NCBI GenBank assembly: GCA_964423425.1
Contig: CAYRES010000001.1
Span: 298,191 to 362,190 of the forward strand
From: an uncultured Gaiellales bacterium
GTDB taxonomy: Bacteria; Actinomycetota; Thermoleophilia; RBG-16-64-13
Reading direction: 5' to 3'
DNA length: 64,000 nt
Shown here: piece after piece, positions 9,683 through 17,740 of the stretch
How positions within the stretch are numbered: the stretch's first letter is position 1
Layout of the letters: each line of letters starts with the position of its first letter
Translations under genes and position numbers: made by a program
The notes under the pieces: model-generated
What the model was told of the DNA's origin: nothing
The model's database searches: none
The model's input: the letters and a program-made list of their open reading frames with translations, nothing else

Positions 9683-11309
9683 CGGGCCTGCCATCAGTGT
9701 CCGGTCGGCGCTCGAGGTGGTCGCGGCCGGGTTCCATGTTCTTGAGGGCCGCAAGCAAGAGGTCAACGATCTGAATGTGTATCCGGTACCCGACGGCGAC
9801 ACGGGTACCAACCTTGCCCTCACGGTGAAGTCCATCCTGGAAGACCTGCAACGGGCGCCCAGTGATCTGACCCCGCCGGAGGTTTGCAACGCCATCTCCG
9901 AGGCCGCCCTTATGGGCGCGCGCGGCAATAGCGGTGTGATTCTCTCGCAGATGGTGCGCGGTGCCATGGAAGCCCTCTCCGAGGCGCCGGTACTTGAGCC
10001 TGCTGTGCTCGTAGCCTGCTTGCATAGAGCCACGGAGGCCTCCTACCGGGCCATCAGGAAGCCTGTGGAAGGTACCATGCTCACGGTTCTCAGGGAGATG
10101 GCCGAGGCGGCCGAGGAGCTCTGTGCATCGGATGGGGCCCCTCCGCCCGAATTGTTTGAGGAGGTACTGCGTGAGGGGTGGGAGAGCGTGCGCCGCACGC
10201 CCGCCCTGTTGTCCGTCCTGGCCGAAGCCGGAGTGGTCGACGCGGGTGGGTTCGGCCTTGTTCTGATTCTTGAGGGCTTACTTCTCGGTGGCTCGGGCGG
10301 TGAGTTCATGATGGTTGACACCAGTGATCTCGCGGTCATGCCCCACAGAGACGAGGCCGAGGAGCATGCCGCCAGCAAGTACACATACTGCACGAGCTTC
10401 CTCGTCAAGGGCAGCGATCTCGATGCGGAGGATTTGGAGGCACTGCTGTCGCCTTTGGGCGACAGCCTTCTCGTGGTGGGCAGTACGGCCCAGCTCAAGG
10501 TCCACGTCCACACCGATGCCCCCGGTGAGGTACTCAACCTGGCCACTGGGCTGGGTACTCTGCATGTGGTCGAGATAGACAACATGAAGGAACAGACGGC
10601 GGAGCGCGATCGCCGCCTCCGCGCCCAGGAGGCCGCGGCCTCACCCGTATCGGCGCTCACGCAGGTCGTGGCTGTGGTCAATGGTGAGGGCAACAAGGCC
10701 TTGTTCTCCAGCATGGGAGCCGACATTCTGGTGGAGGGCGGGCAGACCATGAACCCTTCGGCGGAGGAGCTCATCAACGCGGTGAAGCAGGCCAGCGCCC
10801 CTTCCGTCATCATTCTGCCCAACAACAAGAACATCATTCTGGCGGCCGAGCAGATCGTGGGCCGGGTCGAGAGAGAAGTGTTTGTGGTGCCCACCCGCTC
10901 CCTGCTCGCGGGGCTCTCTGCTCTCGTGGTCTTTGATTCGGAGACCGACGGCGCCTCCAATCACGAAGAGATGCGAGCGGCCATCGCCGGAGTCTCGAGC
11001 GGTGAAGTGACCCGGGCGGTGCGTGCCTCCAGTGTGAACGGCCTTGCCATCGAACAGGGCGCGTTCATCGGCTTGGTGAACGACGAAGTCATCGCTACCG
11101 GTCAGAAGTTCGACGTCGTTGTCGACGCGGTGGCGGCGACGATGGTGAACGGCACGAGCGAGGTCATGACCGTGCTCTTGGGGAACGGTGAGGACGCCGA
11201 GCCGGCGCGGTTGGCGGCGGAGCGCCTGCGGGAGCGCTACTCAGACCTCGAAGTGGAGATCCATGTGGGCGGGCAACCGCTGTATCCGTTGCTCGTGTCG
11301 GTGGAGTAA
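9669..11309 (+). CDS. DAK2 domain fusion protein YloV
   Basis: LNVYPVPDGDTGTNLALT is the DAK2 motif, and the long C-terminal YloV-type domain is present. It sits directly after the Asp23 gene, as in Bacillus yloU-yloV. TTG start is proposed; the ORF-track start at 9573 overlaps asp23. Confidence 0.75.
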   Translation: MADSNGPAISVRSALEVVAAGFHVLEGRKQEVNDLNVYPVPDGDTGTNLALTVKSILEDLQRAPSDLTPPEVCNAISEAALMGARGNSGVILSQMVRGAMEALSEAPVLEPAVLVACLHRATEASYRAIRKPVEGTMLTVLREMAEAAEELCASDGAPPPELFEEVLREGWESVRRTPALLSVLAEAGVVDAGGFGLVLILEGLLLGGSGGEFMMVDTSDLAVMPHRDEAEEHAASKYTYCTSFLVKGSDLDAEDLEALLSPLGDSLLVVGSTAQLKVHVHTDAPGEVLNLATGLGTLHVVEIDNMKEQTAERDRRLRAQEAAASPVSALTQVVAVVNGEGNKALFSSMGADILVEGGQTMNPSAEELINAVKQASAPSVIILPNNKNIILAAEQIVGRVEREVFVVPTRSLLAGLSALVVFDSETDGASNHEEMRAAIAGVSSGEVTRAVRASSVNGLAIEQGAFIGLVNDEVIATGQKFDVVVDAVAATMVNGTSEVMTVLLGNGEDAEPARLAAERLRERYSDLEVEIHVGGQPLYPLLVSVE

Positions 11310-11382
11310 TAGTTGGTGGGCGAGGGGTGGCAGGGGGGCCCGCCGGACGGCCGGCCCGACAACAAATCAGGCAGGTGGGGAG

Positions 11383-12276
11383 ATGACAGAAGCGGGCGAA
11401 GCTCAGATTCTCAATCGACAGAACACCGTGGTGGTGGTTGATTCCACCGCCGACCTTCCACAGTACCTGGTCGACGATCCCAACATCAGGATGATTCCTC
11501 TCCGTGTCCATTTCGGCGACGAGATCTACAAAGACTGGGTAGACATCAAGCCGGTGGAGTTCTTCGAGCGACTAGTGAAGGCCGACAAGCTTCCCACCAC
11601 GTCACAGCCCTCTCCGGGCGAATTCGCCGACCTCTATCGTGTGCTCCGCAAGAACTACGACAATATCCTCTCTCTGCACCTCAGCAGCCGCAACAGCGGC
11701 ACCGTCGAGAGCGCCCGTCTGGCGGCGAAGATGGTCGAGGGCGTGAGCGTGGTCGACACGCGCATGGTGTGCAGCGCGAACGCGCTTCTGGCCGATCGCG
11801 TGCTCACGCGGCTCGACGGGGGCGTGGACAAGGCTGAACTCGAGCGCTACATCGAGTGGTTCATCGGCGCACGAGGCTTTGCTTTTCTACTCGACACCCT
11901 CGACTACATCTACAAGGGGGGCCGCATCGGCCGGGCCAATCACCTGGCGGGCACACTCCTCCACATCAAACCCATCCTCACGTATGACGCCGAGGGTGTG
12001 GTGGCACCTTTGGGCAAGGTGCGCGGGGAGAAGAAGGCGCTCAGTTTTGTTCGTAACTACTTCCTCGAGCATACACGCAGTGGTTCCCCCGTGTACGTGG
12101 GCATCGGGCACGGCGTGGCGCCCGAGAAGGGGCAGAAGCTCGCCGATCTCTTACGTTCCACCGATCGCGAGGTCGATGTCCGCTTCGTCAGCGAGGTGGG
12201 GTCGGTCATTGGCACCTATTCTGGTCCGGGGGCGCTTGCGTTCTACTTCATCCAGGACGCCGATTTTCCCGGGTAG
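11383..12276 (+). CDS. DegV family fatty-acid-binding protein
   Basis: Sequence VVVVDSTADLP...IPLRVHFGDEIYKDWVDI...TSQPSPGEF matches DegV. ATG follows SD GGTGGGGAG. Confidence 0.85.
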   Translation: MTEAGEAQILNRQNTVVVVDSTADLPQYLVDDPNIRMIPLRVHFGDEIYKDWVDIKPVEFFERLVKADKLPTTSQPSPGEFADLYRVLRKNYDNILSLHLSSRNSGTVESARLAAKMVEGVSVVDTRMVCSANALLADRVLTRLDGGVDKAELERYIEWFIGARGFAFLLDTLDYIYKGGRIGRANHLAGTLLHIKPILTYDAEGVVAPLGKVRGEKKALSFVRNYFLEHTRSGSPVYVGIGHGVAPEKGQKLADLLRSTDREVDVRFVSEVGSVIGTYSGPGALAFYFIQDADFPG

Positions 12277-12330
12277 CGCGCGGGGGCGCTCGTCACGTCC
12301 GACTTCATCCACGCAGAATCCGGTGCCGAG

Positions 12331-14490
12331 GTGATTCACTATCCCCTCGGCACCTCCGCGACGCGCGAGCCCCTGCCCCCGCTGCCACGTGCAGGTCTTC
12401 CCAAGTGCCCGGGCGCGGCGCTACAAGCGCCCCTCGATTCGCTTCATGGCATCGGGTCGACGAGGGCTGCGCGTCTCCATTGTCTCGGTCTCGACACCGT
12501 GGAAGATCTGCTGCTGTATCTACCCTTCCGCCATGAGACCCCCGCTCGATTGTCGCGTGTCTCAGAACTCAAAGAGGGTGCGGTGTGCACCATCCAGGTG
12601 CGGGTCGGGCCGTGCAGCATACGGCACGGACGTAGGCGTGGTCTGCGTATTCTGGAAGCCCTTGTGGCTGATGACAGTGGGTCGATTGTTGCCGTGTGGT
12701 ACAACCAAGAGTACCTTCGCGAGGCCTTTGCGGGCCGCCCGGAGGTGTTGGTGAGGGGCCGCATGTCCTTCCGGAACCGCACGCCCAGATTCATAGTACA
12801 GCGCCATGAGATCATCGGCCACAAAGAGTCCGGGCCCGGTGGCATACTCGCACTCACCCCCGTCTACCCGGCGACTGCCGACGTGAGTTTGCGCCTGATA
12901 CAAGCCGCTGTACGCTCGGCCCTGCCGGTCGCCCGCGATTTCGTAGATCCCTTACCGGCCCGTCTCCTCGCCGCGCGCTCCTACCCAGGCAAGGCCGAGG
13001 CCATCGCCTGCGCCCACTTCCCGGCTACCGAGTCATCCGCCGTTCGGGCCCGGAAGCGTCTGGCGTTCGAGGAGCTACTCCTGCTTCAAGTGGCACTGCT
13101 CGAGCGCAGGCGGGCGCAGAAGGTGCATCCCGCTGTGGGGCTGGGTTCTCCAGGGCCTCTGTGCCACGCCTTTTTGAAGGAGTTGCCCTATCGCCCGACC
13201 GGGGCTCAAGAGAGGGTCATGGCAGAGATCGACTCCGACCTCAGAGCGCACACACCCATGCTCCGCCTCCTCCAGGGTGACGTAGGGTCGGGAAAGACGC
13301 TCGTGGCGGTGTACGCTCTTCTTCGGGCGCTGGATGCGGGCGGTCAGGGTGTTCTCATGGCACCGACCGAGATCTTGGCCGATCAACATGCCGAGCGCCT
13401 CCGGGAAGCACTCGAGTCTGTCGGGGTTGAGATCTTGACGTTGAAGGGGAGCCTCCCGGTCGGCCACAAGAGGCGCGTGAAGCGAATACTCGGTCGGGGG
13501 CATCCCGCCTTGGTCGTCGGCACCCACGCGCTCATCCAAGAGGATGTGAGTATCCCGAACCTCCGCGTGGTGGTGATCGACGAGCAGCACCGTTTCGGCG
13601 TGGGGCAGCGCGACGCTCTGCTCATGACTGCAGAGAATGAAAGCCGTCCGCACGTGTTGCATATGACGGCGACACCGATACCACGCACCCTCAGCCTCAC
13701 CGTCTACGGCGACCTCGACGTGAGTGTGATCGACGAAATGCCACCCGGCCGACGGCCGGTGAAGACGAAGTGCGTGCGTCCGGAGCAGGAAGGACGGGCC
13801 TGGCGGCTCCTGCGCAGGCGCCTCGACGAGGGCGGACAGGCCTATGTTGTATGCCCCCTCATCGAGGAGAGCCCGGCGCTTCAAAGTGCCGCCGCCACCT
13901 CCACGTACGAAGCGCTCAGCGCGGGTGAGCTGTCCGGTTACGCGGTGCGCCTTCTTCACGGGCGGATGCCGCCCGCAGAGAAGCGTGATGCCATGCAGGC
14001 CTTCGCCCAGGGGAGGGTGCAGGTTCTCGTCTCCACGACAGTGATCGAGGTGGGCGTCGACGTCGCCAATGCCAGCGTCATGGTCATCTTGGGTGCCGGC
14101 CGTTTCGGCCTCTCCCAATTGCATCAGTTGCGCGGCCGGGTGGGCCGGGGGCAAGACGAATCGATGTGCCTGCTCATGGTTGGTGCGAATGACCTCGAGT
14201 CCGGTGATCGCCTCGCCCTGTTCGCCCGCAACCCGGACGGCTTCCAGCTGGCGGAGCTCGACCTCGCCGCCCGCGGGGAGGGGCAACTTTTCGGAGAACG
14301 GCAAACGGGACTCGGCGACCTGAAGATCGCTCGGTTGCGGACCGACCGGGAGTTGCTCGAGGACGCCCGGCGTGAAGCGCTGCACATGTTCGAGGCCGAC
14401 CCCGGCCTCTTGCGCCCCGATCACGCACTTCTGGCCTGGTGTGCGGCGCAACGGTTCGCGGGGGTGGTCGAGCGCTTGGAGCGGGCGTAG
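12331..14490 (+). CDS. recG: ATP-dependent DNA helicase RecG
   Basis: Wedge domain, DVGSGKTLVA Walker A, VIDEQHRFGV and TATPIPRTL motifs. Confidence 0.9.
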   Translation: MIHYPLGTSATREPLPPLPRAGLPKCPGAALQAPLDSLHGIGSTRAARLHCLGLDTVEDLLLYLPFRHETPARLSRVSELKEGAVCTIQVRVGPCSIRHGRRRGLRILEALVADDSGSIVAVWYNQEYLREAFAGRPEVLVRGRMSFRNRTPRFIVQRHEIIGHKESGPGGILALTPVYPATADVSLRLIQAAVRSALPVARDFVDPLPARLLAARSYPGKAEAIACAHFPATESSAVRARKRLAFEELLLLQVALLERRRAQKVHPAVGLGSPGPLCHAFLKELPYRPTGAQERVMAEIDSDLRAHTPMLRLLQGDVGSGKTLVAVYALLRALDAGGQGVLMAPTEILADQHAERLREALESVGVEILTLKGSLPVGHKRRVKRILGRGHPALVVGTHALIQEDVSIPNLRVVVIDEQHRFGVGQRDALLMTAENESRPHVLHMTATPIPRTLSLTVYGDLDVSVIDEMPPGRRPVKTKCVRPEQEGRAWRLLRRRLDEGGQAYVVCPLIEESPALQSAAATSTYEALSAGELSGYAVRLLHGRMPPAEKRDAMQAFAQGRVQVLVSTTVIEVGVDVANASVMVILGAGRFGLSQLHQLRGRVGRGQDESMCLLMVGANDLESGDRLALFARNPDGFQLAELDLAARGEGQLFGERQTGLGDLKIARLRTDRELLEDARREALHMFEADPGLLRPDHALLAWCAAQRFAGVVERLERA

Positions 14491-15057
14491 GTGGGCGAGC
14501 TCCGCATCATCGCCGGCCGGCAGCGAGGCCACCGGATACAGGTCCCCAGGGGAGAGGTGCGGCCGACCGCCGAGCGGGTGCGCGAGGCTGTCTTCGCGGC
14601 TCTCGATTCGCTCGACGCAGTCTCGGGCTCCAGGGTCCTCGACCTCTTTGCCGGGTCGGGCGCACTCGGTCTGGAGGCGCTGTCTCGAGGTGCAGCCCAC
14701 TGTTCCTTCGTGGAGTCAGACCGGCGGGTGGTGGGTGTGTTGAGAGCCAACATCCGCGCACTGGGGTTGGGCGCCGAAGCCACCGTCATGGCCATGCCGT
14801 ACCAGAAGGCCCTCAAGCTGGTAGCAGGAATCGACCCCGGGTATGATGTACTCTTTGTAGACCCGCCGTACCGGATGCTGGAGGCGGTCACGGGCACGCT
14901 CACCGGCTTCCTGCCGGTTATCATGCGGCCGGGTGGTATTGTGGTGATTGAAGGGCCACGCCACGCGGTGGTCGAGGTGGGCATGCCGGCTACGTTCGTA
15001 CGTCACTACGGTGACACGAGCATAACCATGGTCGAGATAGGAGCGGAACACCCGTGA
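14491..15057 (+). CDS. rsmD: 16S rRNA (guanine966-N2)-methyltransferase
   Basis: Sequence RIIAGRQRGHRIQVP...DLFAGSGALGLEALSRGA...VDPPY matches RsmD. The GTG start abuts the recG stop. Confidence 0.85.
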   Translation: MGELRIIAGRQRGHRIQVPRGEVRPTAERVREAVFAALDSLDAVSGSRVLDLFAGSGALGLEALSRGAAHCSFVESDRRVVGVLRANIRALGLGAEATVMAMPYQKALKLVAGIDPGYDVLFVDPPYRMLEAVTGTLTGFLPVIMRPGGIVVIEGPRHAVVEVGMPATFVRHYGDTSITMVEIGAEHP

Positions 15058-15545
15058 AGATCGCGCTTTGTCCCGGAACCTACGATCCGGTCACGAACGG
15101 CCACCTCGACATCATTACGCGAGCGGCGGCGAAGTTTGACAGCCTGGTGGTGGCGGTGGTCAAAGACCCTCCCCGTAAGACCGCCCTGTTCTCCACCGAG
15201 GAACGTGTTCACTTCGTGACAGAGACCACCAAGCATCTGGACAACGTCCGGGTGACCCTTCTCGAGGGTCTGGTGGTGGACATCGCCCGCCGGGAGGGCG
15301 CGCAGTTCTTGATCAAGGGTCTCCGGGCGGTCATGGACTTCGAATACGAGTTCCAGATGGCGCAGTTGAACAAGATGCTCGACCCGGATCTCGAGACCAT
15401 CTACTTCATGGCGTCACCCAGATGCGGCTTCATCAGTTCAAGCGGCGTGAAGGAGATCGCGGCTTTTGGCGGAAGTGTGTTGGGGTTGGTTCCCGACATG
15501 GTGGCGGCGCGGTTCGGGGAGATTTACGGTTCGCAGGAGGCGTGA
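15054..15545 (+). CDS. coaD: phosphopantetheine adenylyltransferase
   Basis: MKIALCPGTYDPVTNGHLDII matches CoaD. It overlaps rsmD by 4 nt. Confidence 0.9.
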   Translation: MKIALCPGTYDPVTNGHLDIITRAAAKFDSLVVAVVKDPPRKTALFSTEERVHFVTETTKHLDNVRVTLLEGLVVDIARREGAQFLIKGLRAVMDFEYEFQMAQLNKMLDPDLETIYFMASPRCGFISSSGVKEIAAFGGSVLGLVPDMVAARFGEIYGSQEA

Positions 15546-15547
15546 CG

Positions 15548-16003
15548 ATGGACGTCCTGGTTCTGATCGACAAGCTTGACGACCTGGTGCACGGCGCGAG
15601 CACCTTCCCCATGACCGACAAGGTGATGATCGATCGTGACCAGATCTATGAACTCCTCGACCAGATGCGCGCCACCATCCCCGACGAGATCAAGCAGGCC
15701 CGCTGGATAGTCAAGGAGCGTCAGGAGATGCTCCAAGAGGCCCGTGAGGAGGCTGAGCGCCTGCTCGGCGAGGCGAGAGACGAAGCCGCCCGCCTGGCAG
15801 GAGAGACGGAGATCGTGCGGCGGGCGGAGAGAGAAGCCGAGCACATCCTGCGCGAAGCCGAAGCTCGGGAACGGGAGATCAGGTTGGGAGCGGAGGACTA
15901 CGCCGATCAGGTGCTCGAGACCCTGGAGACCAATCTGGCCAAGTTCCTCGGCGCGGTGCAGCGGGGGCGGCAGCGCCTGCAGGGCACCGGCCGGGAGGAG
16001 TGA
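15548..16003 (+). CDS. hypothetical coiled-coil protein (E/R-rich)
   Basis: ATG follows SD GCAGGAGG, 2 nt after the coaD stop. It has a charged heptad-like C-terminus. No family was recognised. Confidence 0.5.
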   Translation: MDVLVLIDKLDDLVHGASTFPMTDKVMIDRDQIYELLDQMRATIPDEIKQARWIVKERQEMLQEAREEAERLLGEARDEAARLAGETEIVRRAEREAEHILREAEAREREIRLGAEDYADQVLETLETNLAKFLGAVQRGRQRLQGTGREE

Positions 16004-16081
16004 CTCCGGCCCCGATCGCTCGGTAGCCCCCCTCGCCGCTTGGTGTAGCGGGAGGCTGGAGCCGATTCACCAGGGAAGTCA

Positions 16082-16609
16082 ATGTCCGATACCACGCACA
16101 TCAGTCTGGACCTACGCGGTACTCTGCTCACTCCCGGCCAGCGCCTCGAACGCTCCTTCGAGATGGAAGTGGAGCCGATCTGTGTCGGCGGCCAGATCTA
16201 CGAGGCACTCGTGGAAGAAGGGTCCGCCCGCGTGAAGGTGGAGAGGGTCTCCGGAGGGTACTTGGTGACTGTTGACCTGCGGGCCGCCCTGTACGGTCCC
16301 TGCGTCCGCTGTCTCGACGAGGTCAAGGTGGCGGTCGACGCAGAGCAGCAGGAGTTCGTCCCCGTCGAGTCCGAGAAGTGGAAGGGTACCGAGGTCTCGG
16401 AGTTCGTGAACGATCTCGTGGTGGATCTGTCCGGCCTCTCCCGTGAAGCACTCATCCTCGCGCTTCCCGCGAAACTTCTCTGTGCGGAGGACTGCGTTGG
16501 CCTCTGCCCGCAGTGTGGCAGGCGGCAGGGCCACCCGGAGTGTTCCTGCTCGAAGGACGCGGTCGACCCTCGCTTCGAGAAACTGCGCCACCTCTCCATC
16601 GAACCTTGA
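16082..16609 (+). CDS. yceD: YceD/DUF177 family protein
   Basis: Conserved CVRCL...CPQCG cysteine pairs, and position immediately upstream of rpmF. Confidence 0.8.
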   Translation: MSDTTHISLDLRGTLLTPGQRLERSFEMEVEPICVGGQIYEALVEEGSARVKVERVSGGYLVTVDLRAALYGPCVRCLDEVKVAVDAEQQEFVPVESEKWKGTEVSEFVNDLVVDLSGLSREALILALPAKLLCAEDCVGLCPQCGRRQGHPECSCSKDAVDPRFEKLRHLSIEP

Positions 16610-16693
16610 AATCCTCCGGTTTTTGGGGTACAACTCCACAGCCGAAGAACAACCGGGCTGCAGCTGCTTCCCGGCGCGAAAAGAGGAGATTCG

Positions 16694-16873
16694 TTGGCCG
16701 TTCCCAAGAAGAAGACGTCCCAGTCGAGGAGAAACAAGAGGCGGGCGACACACCGGGTGTTCGCGCCGGGCATCGTGGAGTGTGCTCAGTGCCATTCACC
16801 CAAACTGCCTCACCGCATCTGCCCGAACTGTGGGGTGTACGCCGGTCGCCAGGTGGTTGAGATCGAGGAGTAG
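16694..16873 (+). CDS. rpmF: 50S ribosomal protein L32
   Basis: TTG start after SD GAGGAG. The protein (M)AVPKKKTSQSRRNKRRATHR...CAQCHSPKLPHRICPNCGVYAGRQVVEIEE has 59 aa. It is not in the ORF track and was found by reading the DNA. Confidence 0.8.
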   Translation: MAVPKKKTSQSRRNKRRATHRVFAPGIVECAQCHSPKLPHRICPNCGVYAGRQVVEIEE

Positions 16874-16889
16874 TGGTGCCTGAGCACCT

Positions 16890-17246
16890 GTGCCCGGGCG
16901 ACAACCGTCCTACGAGGCGGCAGGCATCTGGGGGCAAGTCCGGAAGAGAGGCCCCATTGTGGGCGAGTCAACCACTTTTCACTGCGAGAGCTGTGGGTAT
17001 CGTTCTGCAACTGTGCGCTGGGGAGTGAGCGCCTCCAACCCCCGCCGCAGATTTCTTCCGGCTCACTGCGCGCATTGTCGCGAATACGTCGAGATAGACA
17101 TCACAGGGGCCGATATTCTCGTCGACGTCATCTGTTGCCCCATCTGCGGAGAGGAAGTGTTCTTCATCGACAGAGCCGAGTCCTATCGGTGCCCACGTTG
17201 CGAAGGGCCCGGTCTCAAGCTGACACAGGGACCAGCCTATTGGTAG
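16890..17246 (+). CDS. double zinc-ribbon protein, function unknown
   Basis: Four CxxC pairs (CESCG, CAHC, CPIC, CPRC). The true start may be the internal GTG near 16962. Confidence 0.5.
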   Translation: MPGRQPSYEAAGIWGQVRKRGPIVGESTTFHCESCGYRSATVRWGVSASNPRRRFLPAHCAHCREYVEIDITGADILVDVICCPICGEEVFFIDRAESYRCPRCEGPGLKLTQGPAYW

Positions 17247-17273
17247 GAGCGGACACGGAAGGGTAGCCGCACC

Positions 17274-17522
17274 ATGCAGATCATAGTTCAAGAGGGCAGG
17301 GCCATAGTCAGCCTGCGCTTCCCCATCCAGGCCCACGACGACGCGCTTCGCACCACCTCCATAAACGAGATCACTGATACGGTCAAGGCATACTACCGCG
17401 ATCATGAGCTCATCCGGGTGGAGATGAAGGAGGGCACCATCGACGTGGTTCCGTCGGCCATTTCCGGTGTGTTCTGGATCGAGAAGGGGCGGCGGTATCA
17501 GCTCAAGGTCACCGGTGGTTGA
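17274..17522 (+). CDS. hypothetical 82-aa protein
   Basis: ATG follows GGAAGGGTAG. Beta-rich sequence with no recognised family. Confidence 0.45.
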   Translation: MQIIVQEGRAIVSLRFPIQAHDDALRTTSINEITDTVKAYYRDHELIRVEMKEGTIDVVPSAISGVFWIEKGRRYQLKVTGG

Positions 17523-17640
17523 CGGAGAAGCGCCTCAGGCGTTGCCCCTCCCCCTACGAATAACACGCCCACTGGGCTACAATGATTGACTCCATGCTGG
17601 GCGTGTCATATCCGGTTCACAAGGTATCGTGAGCATGGCT

Positions 17641-17671
17641 GCCGTCGCCTGAGTGACGGCGTTTTTGTTGG
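17641..17671 (+). terminator. terminator-like hairpin plus U-tract in the EF-G-paralog leader
   Basis: GCCGTC-gcctgagt-GACGGC followed by GTTTTTGTTGG. It lies 70 nt upstream of the EF-G-like start and 120 nt downstream of the previous gene. Confidence 0.45.
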
Positions 17672-17740
17672 AGAAGGAAGGTGCACGGTGGGCGGGCGCT
17701 CCAGTCCGCGGCCGGCCCGGACGAATCTGAGGAGGATTCG

